A DNA stretch of 64,000 bases from Tubiluchus corallicola (Eukaryota > Animalia > Priapulida), in assembly GCA_030141605.1 (NCBI GenBank), contig JAQGDQ010000172.1, forward strand, positions 186,001-250,000, given 5' to 3'. A program made the translations under genes and the position numbers. Every line of letters starts with the position of its first letter. The stretch's first letter is position 1. The notes beneath the pieces are model-generated. The model had not been told where the DNA came from, did no database searches, and saw only the letters and a list, made by a program, of their open reading frames with translations. This document shows positions 13,431 to 43,479 of the stretch, one piece after another.

Positions 13431-14544
13431 TAAGCCAATAGGCCCGATAATAACATTGAGCAGATTTTACTGTAGGCCCTTTTCATCTTTATTTTTGCTG
13501 CTTTCGCCATTTTTCACATTTTTATTTTACCTACTTTTACTTTTGAATTTCCTTACGTATAAGTATATATTGCCTTTTAACGTTTTTTCACGTTTGCAAT
13601 GCTTCTGTTTTTCTTTATCTATGGATTTTATAATTCTCGTTTTCTTTAACTTATGTCTTTGTTAAGCTACATAAATCCCTGTTCTGTCCACAAATGTTTT
13701 AAATGGATGTAATAGCTAGTAGGCTATATGTGCCTATATATTACTACACTAGTAATATTTTCTAAGCGTTATCAGCTTCTTAAGACATCAAGTTTTGTGC
13801 ATCTGTTTGACCGACACTCATATGTGTCTGCTGTTTGCTCCTATTCTTCATGCGCTATGATTATCAAAGTAAAATCCATACTGATTAATTTTATTGTTTG
13901 ACGTTTCGCATGGCAAACAAAGACAACATATACAGAAATGAGTTGTCATCGAAGTGTGACACCTCAACACGTAATGAAATAATAACACTGCGCTCAGTCT
14001 AAATGGGCAGATTCAGTGAATGCGTATAAGAAGTCCAATGAAAATCAGTCAGTAGAGGTTATTCCCGCGGTCCATTTTATGTTTACTGCTACAATAACAT
14101 TTTGGTGGAGCTTGTGCGCCATAGTTTGAGACGTGTTATGCATTTGAAACTCTGATTACACCTTTTTTACGTTAGGATGAAAAAACGTCATAGAAAATTG
14201 AATTCAAAATGCATACTTATTTTATATGATCTTTTAAACTGCCTAGCTAGGTTTATAACTTTTTATAAAACCTATCAGAACAAAAATTATCAAGGCGTGA
14301 GTTAACAAGTAACGTTACGCAAAAAAAGTAACTTATAAGAGCAAAAAAAGTTTCGAAGACATCTTCTTGCACCTTTATTCAGCTAGAGCATACCATATTT
14401 ACCAGTAGGACTAGTCTTGTATGTTCAGGACGTCAAGAGACAAGAAATGATAGACCCACTAACACGCCGATTTTAATACATTTTTCTAATTTTTCTAAAA
14501 TTACAATTTACAATCTATTTATCTTAATTTTTACCAATTTTTAT

Positions 14545-15010
14545 GGTAATCACCCACTTCGCCAATGTTACGTGTCGCCAGCCTATCGTTTCGCCTGTCT
14601 ATCATTTCGCCAGTGCATCTTTTCACCAGCCTATCATTTCGCCAGTTTATCTTTTCACCAGTCTAAAATGTTGCCAATCTATATTTTCGCCAGTTGTAAT
14701 TAGAAATATGCAATAAGTAAATAGTAGTACACTTCGCTTGTGCATCATTTCCGCCAGTGTATCATTTCGACAGTGTATCATTTCGTCAGTTGTAGTTAGA
14801 AATAGTGCAGTAAGTCTCTAAATAGTAGTACTTAGAGCCAATGCCTCATTTCGCTAGTGCATCACTTCACCAGTTGTAATTAGAAATAGTGCAAGCAAGT
14901 ATTTAAATAGTAGTACACTTCACCAGTGCATCATTTTGCCAGTAGTTATTGGAAATAGTACAATACACATTTAAATTGATGTACAGACTGTTACGCTGGC
15001 GAAACGCCAT
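14545..15010. mobile_element. Second member of the CATTTCGCCAGT subterminal-repeat family
   Basis: Array of ~19-20-bp TCATTTCGCCAGT units, longer units containing GTTGTAATTAGAAATAG, and one inverted CTGGCGAAA near 14996. Confidence 0.5.
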
Positions 15011-16457
15011 TTAAATTCAACCCACCCCTCTACATTGTGATGGTGTCGTCCGTAAAAAGCCATTACGTAGTGGCGTTGAATACCAGGTATAAAACGCGAC
15101 GCTATGGAATGGTGTCGTCGTTTCAGTCGAACGTATTCCATCTTAGCATCTGTTTGGTAATGACAACCAACGTATGGATTAGATACATTATAACTTCACT
15201 TTTACATATTTTTTACCGTTCTTGTCAGTTCCGTTTTTTTGTGCCGTGACAGCGAATCAGCACTGTCCGGTCAACATTATAATATAATGGGCATTGATGG
15301 CGATTGTCCAGTCAGTTGCTTAGGCACTTTTCATATTTAGGTGAATTCTGTATTTAATATATATGTAAAACATTATGATGTCTTTTAAACCCTTTGTGAA
15401 CAGAAGCTGTGAATCGTACAGAGACGTTCCATACATCACTGGATTCCCCGCGACACGTAGAATCAGATGCGCCATGAAGTCGGGTCAAAAAATGACGATA
15501 AGTAGGATTGTGCATACCCTAATTGCAAGCATTCAGAATCGGGTGTTCTTTTCATTCTACGATGGTTAGTTTCCGAGATACAGCTTTTAATAACTTAACT
15601 AAAGGATTTAATTATACAAAGGACTTTGCCTTGTCTACTTGACGCTATAAAATTTGCTAGTTTTGAAGGTTCGACTTCAAGACTTCAGAAATTTCAAGAC
15701 CTTTTGACTCCCCAAAACCGCAAATTTGGAAGCCTATAACTCCCCTACCCGTGAGCCCTCCTCAGAGACGTGATGCAATAATCCGCAATTATCAGTTTCT
15801 GTCCAAGCTATTAGGTTGGCGTTTTTAAGACCTTAAATATGGTTGAAATTTCATATGACGTAAGTGTTATAGCATCTTTGAACATACATTTTCACGCATC
15901 TATTATATAGTCGTCAAACAATGCATATTACATAATATAACTGAAACCAAAATAATGGATAAAATTAAAGAATTTTTATGCGTATCTTAGCTTTGCGTGG
16001 CTACAAATCATAGAATCGGATTTTCAATACAATTGTCATTTGAACCATAGTACATGTATATGACCTATTTTAAACTGAATGCCTGCACATTATCTTAATA
16101 TGCCTTTTTAGATATTAAAGGTGGAATTGTTTCATAAATTTCAAGGTGACACACTTTCATGAAAACTGTAATACATGCTTTTGTGAAGCCATAATGGCTA
16201 TTCAAAACACATAAATCACCATGACGCAAAATTAAAAATTAAATTCACCATGGGCGAATTTCAAAAGACAGTCTAATGCGTATATCATAGGCGTACATAC
16301 ATTGGCAACCGTGTGACATTTCAGTTAACAATAAGCAATTATTTCACAAGAGTGAAAGCGCTAAATAGACGTTAAAGAAGAGCAGACATGGGACATTGTT
16401 GTTCTTCGTGATGATGGCGTCTGCTCAGCTTTAGATGACACAGAAATAATCACGAAA

Positions 16458-18092
16458 ATGTACGAAAAAGCAAAAGTGCAATACGAAGAGCACAACGCAA
16501 AGAAACTCCTGGAAGACTTTGCCGACAACGCGAACACCCATGGGATTAGTATCATCAAAAGAGCGAAAACGCACTGGGAAAAATGCATTTGGGCAATTCT
16601 AGTACTGTTCGCCCTAGTCATGTTCACGTACAACAGCTTCAACTTTCTGCAAAAATACTTGTCGGTTCCTGTTGGAACGAAAGTGTCTATAACGTGCAGC
16701 CAGCAGCCAATTTTTCCTGCGTTGACGATATGCAAGTGTAACCAGATGGACGTTGTCACCATGCTGAAACACCTAACCCAGAGCGTTGAGGAAGGTAACT
16801 ATAGCGTTCCTGATGCATTTAGAAGAGCCTTCTTTGAAAGACGACATCAGGGTCCATCTCAGCAACCCGGAAACGACAGCAAAGTAAGAGTCTCAAAGTG
16901 CGGGTTTGGAGATAACGAGGCTGGAGGCTGCAGAGTAATTCGTGAGTTTCAGCATCCATTGCACGGTCCATGCGTGACTCTATATCCTCCCGAGGAAGAA
17001 CTTATTGATGGTAAGTACGCCAGAGAAGTTGGACGAGTTTCCAGACTGATGGTAAATGCGTTGTTGGCACCTGAAGACTTGATCACATTTAATTCGGGCA
17101 ACATCTCCAATCCAAAGAATTTCACCACCATGCCCACAGCTCATTTCTTTGCAGCACACCCACCAGATGTACATCCCGTAAATGAAATCTTTCTAGCGCC
17201 AGCCGGTTCTGCGATTCAGCTTAGAATAACTAACAGGACATTTTCTTTTCTGAACACAGCTAATATGCTATGCATTGATTATGAGCAGTTACCTCTGGAA
17301 GAAAAATTAAACTATTATGATGCCTACAGTGCCCACTATGGAGTATCCTATACAAGAGATACTTGTATCAAGACATGCAAACAGAAGAAAGCTTTAAAGA
17401 ACTGTCAATGCGCAATACACCAAGTTCCGCTAACGACTGAGTACGTGCGTCATGTCACCGGAAAAGACATGGTTCCATACTGCGTTGACGTCTGTAATTT
17501 CACCATGTATCAAAGATATCGAAGAAATGACTCTTCAGTACAAATGTGTGGATGCGTCAACGCTTACGTTGAGAAAAACGATGAGATCTGCGAATGCCCT
17601 GTGCCTTGTACCATGGTGATGTATGATCAGATTTTTAATTCCTACGGAGGAGACCTCATAAATGTTGAATCGCCTGCAATTGAATCAATGGTAATGGCTA
17701 ACATGATTAAGGTTGCGGAAAATATGAATTTGACGACTCTTTCTGACAAACTTCGAGGACGATGGAATCAGTACTTTACTGAAAACCGAACAATTGATCT
17801 AGTCTACAGAATGTTTCAGGACTATTCAAAATTCCACATCTCTCTTGATACTTATTTTGAAATATACGTGGAACGCCCAATGACAACTAAATCCGAGGAC
17901 TACGTTACGTACGAGCTTTCAGATTTTGGTGCCGACGTAGGGGGCGTTGCGGGACTTTATGTTGGAATGTCTATCTTGGCGTTCTTTGAGTGGTGCCATC
18001 TCGTGGTACATTTGATAAAACTTGCCGCTAGACGTTTCAGCGCCGTACACGTTGTTGACAATCAAGTGCGGAAAATCGAGCCACCTTATTGA
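16458..18092 (+). CDS. DEG/ENaC (amiloride-sensitive sodium channel / ASIC-FaNaC superfamily) subunit, 544 aa, single coding exon, paralogue A
   Basis: N-terminal NTHG (HG gating motif), TM1 (CIWAILVLFALVMF), FPALTIC, Cys-rich thumb (YTRDTCIKTCKQ..CQC..CECPVPC), and TM2 DFGADVGGVAGLYVGMSILAFFE with a GxS filter. Confidence 0.95.
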   Translation: MYEKAKVQYEEHNAKKLLEDFADNANTHGISIIKRAKTHWEKCIWAILVLFALVMFTYNSFNFLQKYLSVPVGTKVSITCSQQPIFPALTICKCNQMDVVTMLKHLTQSVEEGNYSVPDAFRRAFFERRHQGPSQQPGNDSKVRVSKCGFGDNEAGGCRVIREFQHPLHGPCVTLYPPEEELIDGKYAREVGRVSRLMVNALLAPEDLITFNSGNISNPKNFTTMPTAHFFAAHPPDVHPVNEIFLAPAGSAIQLRITNRTFSFLNTANMLCIDYEQLPLEEKLNYYDAYSAHYGVSYTRDTCIKTCKQKKALKNCQCAIHQVPLTTEYVRHVTGKDMVPYCVDVCNFTMYQRYRRNDSSVQMCGCVNAYVEKNDEICECPVPCTMVMYDQIFNSYGGDLINVESPAIESMVMANMIKVAENMNLTTLSDKLRGRWNQYFTENRTIDLVYRMFQDYSKFHISLDTYFEIYVERPMTTKSEDYVTYELSDFGADVGGVAGLYVGMSILAFFEWCHLVVHLIKLAARRFSAVHVVDNQVRKIEPPY

Positions 18093-19394
18093 GTTTGTTA
18101 TATCTACGGATTTGCAATGTCAAGTCAACGGGGCAAAACAACAAATCTGCAAGGTCAACACTCTTTATCTAAACATTAGACAAAACTTAGTCAAAACAAC
18201 AACAGTGTAAGTTAACTGAATCATATTCACGACTTTTATTATAGGTGATAATCATCGTCTAACGAAAACCTTACACATTTATAAGTATTACAGACAAAGT
18301 ACACGATAGGACACAACTTGATACTATAAAAAATCCGCATCTTTGACTATTTTTGTTGCAGAGGTCATAACCACCGATACCAATGGGTTGTGCATCTACC
18401 AAAATAATGCCCACGTAGTATAAAATTGTGACAAACATGTATGGCAATTTGTTCACTAGTGTAACAAGAACATACACACTTTGGTGAACAAAGCTGTTAT
18501 ATAACCATCAAGAATGTTAAGCTTTTATTGTCGTGAACTTAGGGATGGTTTAACTAAATCAAAGGTAGGTTAACAGGGTAATAAAACTACAGAACTGCTT
18601 AATTTATGCTGATATTTGTGTATTTTAGCAACTAATTTGTCAGCTTTGCAAGCTTTATAATTTTGTAGGAATTTATATCCTTGATGGCGTAATCAGGAAA
18701 ATAAGGTTAAACACCCAGTATCATTTCAGACGAACGTAATGATGAATTAAATCAAATAAATCAAAGTTCAAAGTTTAATTAATACAAGGGTGGCTGACTC
18801 GATAACTTACGTTCATTCGCCACCTCCTCACCTATATATAGTAATAAAAAGTAATATTATTATGTTATATTTTGTTTCAGTTGTTTTGACATTGTACTAA
18901 TATTTTTTATTAACAATGAAGAATGAACGAATTCCAATCTTAAAAAATCTAGTTCGTGTGCGATCAAATGGAATAATTTAAAATTTGGAGTTTATTAGTT
19001 GAAAAATTTGTAGAATTGTATGCATATTAGAAAGAAAAACTCTAGTAATACCGATACTGTAGTATAGAAAATCTTTTAGCATATATTTTATGTAAATACA
19101 TCCACTGCTCGCATTATAAGTTTTGTGTTTTTTTCATGTTACGAACGTGTTCAGCTTTGTCAGTTATTTAAGCCTAATCAAACATTGCCTACTTCTGTAA
19201 TACTGAAGTAGAAATGCTTTTACAATATCGAAAACAACAAGGATAAGACAACAACGCCAGAATAATCGTACCGTCACTGCTACGGCCACAACAAAACAAA
19301 AACCAAACCACAACAATAGCAATACGAATGACAATTACAACAACACTAATACTGACGCTGATAACAACGAAGACAATAACAGCAGCTGTAGCTA

Positions 19395-19720
19395 TCAATC
19401 AACCAACCAAATGATCAACCGACCGACTGATCGACCACCCACTCACCAACCAACTAACTAACCAACTGGCAATTCAACAAACCAATCACCATACCAGACA
19501 ATCAATCAAAACCAATCAACCGACCTATCAACAAAAAAATCGATAGATCGCCTGACCGACCACCCAACCGGCCAAATAACTAACCAACCGACCAACTAAA
19601 TAAGCAAGTAGCCAACTAACCAGCTAGCCAGCCACCCTGCCCGCCAACCAGTCAACTGCCAGCCAGCCTACCAGCCAGTAAGGAAAACAGCCAACCAAAC
19701 AACCAACAAACCAACCGACA
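19395..19720. repeat. Degenerate (AACC/AGCC/GACC)n tract upstream of mucin-PAN gene 1
   Basis: Directly visible; an equivalent tract lies at 25890-26125. Confidence 0.8.
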
Positions 19721-20478
19721 TGTCATTTGTATTTCACGTTAATACCAGATTTCAGTGTTAAATTTGCAATTAACACCGCCGCTATTATTTATTCTTCGGG
19801 ATTCAATTCTGATGAAGCCAATTTTAACTTCGTGGCTCGCCGACAGTTGCTTCCTGTAAAAAAGCATGCCGCCATTAAAATTATTCAAAGTATTACATTC
19901 AATTCATTGCATTTACAGTGGTAGAACCATATCGATGTTCATTGTTCAGCTACACTGACAAAGAATTCGTCGATTTGTAAAACAAAAGCTCCACACGCAT
20001 TTCCGTTTTCGGTAGCTAAGCATCAAAAATACTGAATTATATGTAATCCGTTTGATTTTATATAATTAGGTATCCAGTACATAAATCAAGGTGCAAGGTT
20101 TATATGTGTAGTTCGTGTTGGCGATTGTGTGAAAATATTAAAAACAAGTATTTAAATTAAGATATTGAAGTGTAAGCAATAAAATGAGTTTACAATGTCC
20201 ATTTTGCTATATATTTATGAAGTTTGTATTTTTTAGTTAGCAAAACTTGATATTTCGGAGCTAATCTGAAATATTTCATTTATTTATGTAATTCACGTTG
20301 CTCAGCAAGTCCGTATCAACCAGACCTACCTGATTGAAAGACTCTCTCACTGACTTACTTGCTGATCAATCGAACAACCAACCGACTGATGGACTGACCG
20401 TTTGACAGACCAAACAAAGTGAAAATATGTATTGGCAACATGTATGTTGATATTTAAAGGTCTTTTTGTGCACTTCAG

Positions 20479-25191
<4,713 letters not shown>

Positions 25192-25889
25192 GTATTGTAA
25201 AATGCTAAATGATTTTGTAAAAAGACAGCGGTATGCTTATGAATATTAACAAGTGACCCGAAAACATATTACATTTAATTAATATTACATTAAATATACT
25301 GTTAAATATTTAAATTGTCTTACGCATTTTCGTGAAAACAAAGACCTGATTATCTGAAATCTAATAAGATTATAATAAGCATGTTTGTGCATACATTTGT
25401 GCATATTACAACTTCCATTTCTTTCAAAATAGCATCCTATTATTAAAAAACAGTTTTTTTGATGTAATAAGAACAAATAATTTTTTCATGGTCCTCAGAA
25501 CGAGAAAAAACGTTATTAGAAAATTGTGTTCTGTGGGAATCAGCTAAAATTATGCGCGCATTTTATTTAACTCTCGATTCGGTTAACACAAAATTCTATG
25601 TATTTTTAGTAAAAGGAAGGATATGCCAAAAATGATCTTATCATTCATAATAGACATTACAAATGCAAGTCAGCATATCTAAAATAAACAAAATTTGACA
25701 TATTGTGCGTGGATTAGACTATCATACTGTATTATTAATAAAACAATGCAAATACATTTCGGATACTGTAGTGAAAATTTGAATGAATCTTGTGCATTAT
25801 TTCTGCATACAAAAGATGATTCAGACAGCTACACTGTAGCACCGCAAATAGCAAATGAGCACGGAAACGTTCCATGCATGATCAATAAA

Positions 25890-26125
25890 CAAACCGACCG
25901 ACAAACTAACTAAACAAACAAGCAACGTACCAACCAATCAACCAACTAACCAGTGTTACAATTAACAACCTAACAAACCACCCAACCAACCAAAACAAAC
26001 TAACCGACCAGCCAGCCAACCAGTCAGCCGACAAACCAACCAAAACAAACTAACCTGCCAGTCAGCCAACCAGTCAGCCGACCAACTAACCAGCCAAACA
26101 AAACCAAGCAACTAATCAACAACTA
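25890..26125. repeat. Degenerate (AACC/AGCC)n tract upstream of mucin-PAN gene 2
   Basis: Directly visible. Confidence 0.8.
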
Positions 26126-27086
26126 ACTATTTCCCTTTGGCGTCATTCCGTCAATTTGCACTTGATTCTGCCGCCATTGTTAATTCTTCCGCAATCAGTT
26201 CTGGTGAAGCCAATTTTAGCTTTGTAGACAACCCGACAGCATTTTCTCAGTATAATAGAATGCCGTCAGCAATATTATTCAAAGCATTATGTTCAACTCT
26301 CAAAGAAGTCATGGATTTTTAAACAAAAGCATATTGAGCAATTTCATTTCAGTAACTAAGCACCAAAAATGCTCATATACATTTATATGTAATCTACACA
26401 GTTTTACATAGTTATGAATCGTAGAGAATACATTTACACGTGCAATTCGTGATGGTGACTGTGTGTAAATTACAAAAAATAAAAATATTAAAATAAACAT
26501 ACTAAAATGTAAGTAATATACCTGAGTAGTAGCTTTTGCTTCTCATAATGTGTTCTTATTATGAAAATGACAGTAAAGTATTTCAAAGATTATTTTGTTC
26601 TTTCTGCTGAAATAAAACGTGGAATACCTTTACCTGATGTGTGTATTGTGATGCGAAATGAAAGACAAATATAAAAAAATTAAACATTTTAAGGCAAAAT
26701 TAGAACCTTTTTTCAGCTGTTAACATATTTCCAGTTGCTTACATGACAGTGTGTTTTTTCAACTATTTGCGCAATCAAATAAGCCGAATATTTGACAGCC
26801 AGCCACTACTCAAACAGTCTACCTACAAACAATTTATTCACATACTTTTGAATAAGTAAACAACCATCTACCTAAGTATTTCCACCGATCAGCCCACTTA
26901 CCTGTCTGATCGAGCCACCTACTAACTTATTGAGCAAAATGATTTACTAACCGTCTGATGGACCAATAGCCCAACAAAACAAATAGCCTACTTAGAGCGC
27001 GAATCGTGAAAATAGATACATAGTACATACTGACCTAAAGAGAAGTTTTGATATTAAAATGTCATTTTGTGCACTTCAGAGTTGAG

Positions 27087-39948
<12,862 letters not shown>

Positions 39949-41077
39949 ATAAACGTTCTAAAATGCGAAATGATTTGCAAAAGTAAAGAGATCTCTTTAT
40001 AATTGTTATTAGCAAGTGACCCAGAGAAGCCAGCGTGAATAAAACATCACTATGGAACTTGTATTTAAATTTTCACGTATATTCCCAAAATTTATTGTTG
40101 AGAAAGGAATGTGAGCGTAGGAAAAAAGCTCATGCATTATAAAGCGTGCATTAAATGAAGTGTTATGAGATTACAATTATAAATTTCTAAGTAAATTTAC
40201 AACTTGTGCTTTTTCAAAATAGATTCTTTTAACAAAAACTGTAAAGGAAACCGAACCTCATCTTAAACTGTAGTTCAAAACAATCTACCATATAAATTGT
40301 TGAAATGCTATTTTGTCAAGAATGACTTTCGTAAAAGAATTATTATATGTACATTAAGTGTTTTGGTTATTTTAATTATTGTTTTAGAATAGTCTGTCGC
40401 TATTGCCAACTATCAGGGCCAATCATAAATGTCACTGACTGATATACAGCTTCAATTCGTGGACGCAACATACAATTACATACATTGTATCCCAGAGCAT
40501 GTATTGTTTTAATGCTGGTGAATAAATATTTTATCCATCTATCTATTTGCACAGAATGGTAGTAAACACGTTCGCGAGACTAGGTTAATTCTTTGCTGTT
40601 AGGTGGACACTAGCGCCTGCATGTCAGAAACGCCTTGCAGGGGAAAAGGTGCTGTACAGTTCAGAGCTGTTCATTTGTGACTTAGCATTTGGCCGGTCGT
40701 CTCTATCCTGACTCCGCCTTTAGTAACATTCTTATAAGCGACAATTAGCTTTAACCCGATACAAACCTGTTAGCGAAAAACGCAAAACTAGAAACAGCCA
40801 CACCAAAAAACGAAAAAACCACAGAAGAAAGGAAAGCGTTGTGATCATTACGCAATTGATTTGATGGGATTTCACAGGAAACACGCGAAACTTACGACGC
40901 ATGCATTTTTGTTGCTCTGATTGTCACTGCGTTTACTAATTTTTTGCGCAAACTAATAGTGGAAAGTTGTATGTACATGTGCATAAACTTATGCATAACA
41001 TGAATATGTGAGAATTTTGGTGAAAATTCAAATGGTTTTTGAATTATTAACGAAAAATTATTAAAAAATTAGCAAAG

Positions 41078-42948
41078 GTGCAATCTAGTCAACTGGAACT
41101 AGTACGACGATTCCTGTTATCTGTATACACACCGACGCATCATCAGCTAGGACAATGGATCTGTCCCAAAACGTTAATTGAGCTAACCAGTCCAATACCT
41201 CTCTCTAAACCGCAGACAAAGACCAGAAAAAGTTGTCAAAAATGCAAAACCATACAACAAAAATTAAAGCTTCGAGCGTGTGGAGAAAAGTTTTGCGACA
41301 AGTGCTACAATAAACAGTACGGCAATACACTCATTAAACAGACTGAAACAAATCATAAATCGTCAAATTATGAAGCAGATTTTGTCAACCACAGCATAAT
41401 CGTTGATTATGAATTCCCAAACATTGGTGGTGATCAGGACCATAAGAACTCGTCTAAAAACCAACCAGCGCTGATGTTTGTGGATCCCCAGACATCAGAT
41501 AACGAGTCAGAATCCGAATATGACACTACGCCAGAAACAGAAAAGTCGTTTCTATTAACATGTATTAATCCGCAGCTACTAGATTCTAACACGGAAAGTG
41601 AGTTTGCGGGCGACTCGCATGTGAATACTCTAGTTGATGGAAAACAAACAACGCCATCCATTTCTAACTGCCTTGATGATCTGCCTGAACATGACGGTAT
41701 TTTCCAAAAACAGTCTGCATCGGAAGTTACGCAGAACAAACAACACTGAATAAAGAAATTACCAGACTGCACAACCTCATGGAAGTACAACAAAGTGCGA
41801 CTCAAACATCAAGTGAGCTTGACTTAAGACTACTACATAGAAAAATCGACAAACTCAGTTACTATCTACAAAATGAGTCGCCGCAAAGTGTATGGCAAAA
41901 AATAAATGAGACTGAAGAATGACTGAGTAGAAAAATAGAAAAGTTGTATAGCCTCATGACACAACGGACGTGCGGAGATGAGCATTTGATATTAAAGACG
42001 GTTACAGCTTTTCACTACAGGCAAAAGAAAAAGCAGACAGACCAGCTGCTGAAACAATGAATGTGACAGTGAATGGAAAGAACGTGTATAATGAAGTACC
42101 AAATAGCGTAAACACAAACGCAGTTGCCTCCACATCAAACAATAACATAACAGGGTGTGAGCTTAGCGACACGAAACTGACTACATCGTGTCCGCAGAAC
42201 ACCAAAACCGACAATGCGGAGAAACCAAAGCCGCGAACATGCAAAAGAAAAAATGCAAACAGAAACATTAATCTGGGGTGATTCCCGAACCGCTTACTTG
42301 AATCCTCAAGAAATAGCCAAAAATCTACAAGTGCATTCTTACAGAGGGATAAATCTGACCGAAATGACAACATTCGTACAATACCAATACCCAGAGAAGA
42401 AATTAGAAAACGTTATCATAACGCGTGGAATCAGTGACGTAAGACATATTCAACAAAAATGAGAAAACGACCAGAACGCTCGCCTAGACGAAATACTCAA
42501 GTCACTAACAAGCCAAATGGAACAATGCTTTGTAGGTGTAAAAAATAAGTTTAACCCTTGTAATGTTTTTGTATGCAATATCCCATTTGTAAAGACAAAC
42601 AAACATCCAACTGCTAAACCCATGAATATAAGTTCAGTAGTAAACAGAGTGTTACGATTATTTAACAGTGAACTAGAAACTCTGACAACTAAAACTAAGA
42701 CTATTTTGTGCAATTTGCAATGTCATTTTGAAGATGATAATTTAATTGTGAGAGACGGATTACACCTGAGTAGATTAGGTGTACAAAAGTTGCGAGAATA
42801 CATAAACTTTGTCTGTTTAACGACCCAAATCGCTGGTATAGGGTTAAGACCAGTCAAGAGAAAGGCACAGCTATTCCTGGCTTTACACAATATAATTAAA
42901 AACCAGCTACTTAAGCAAATGCAGCTAAGACGTTACCATTATTACTAA
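41078..42948 (+). pseudogene. LINE ORF1 (zinc-knuckle-like region + SGNH/GDSL esterase), fragmented
   Basis: Pieces in ORFs 41078, 42057, 42214 and 42517; GDS and DGLHL catalytic motifs. Confidence 0.75.
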
Positions 42949-43479
42949 CTCGAGTAATTTATTCAAATGATTCTGATAAAACTTTAGCTGATACTGAGCT
43001 CATTGAAAAAGAAGCATTAAAATCAGAAATTGAAAATCTGTTTACCGGACTAGTAAAAGAATTCATAAGTTTGTATAAAATTGAAAAACTATTAGACAGC
43101 TCATGTAAAATGACACGCATGAACTAAGCTGTAAAGAACTGTAATAAGCGTGATATATACATACATTTTAACATGAATTTTAAATGAAGAATTTTATTTG
43201 AAAGTTTTACTCAAAATAAACGAATATTGTGTAAAGAATGTACAAACTTAAGACAGATGCCAATCTCTGACACGCCGAAACGTGTACGCACGTCTCGTTT
43301 TGTAATAATATCTCAAAATCGGGTCGAAAATAACTCGTGCGTAAATTTTTGCATTTTTGCTCCTATTTTACAGTATTCATATGTGAGAAAGTGCACACTT
43401 TAAGATCTAGAGATTTATACTACAAACTTCACTACTCCCCTTCTTTATTAAACTGGATTAAAAGTAATTGTAACAGTGA

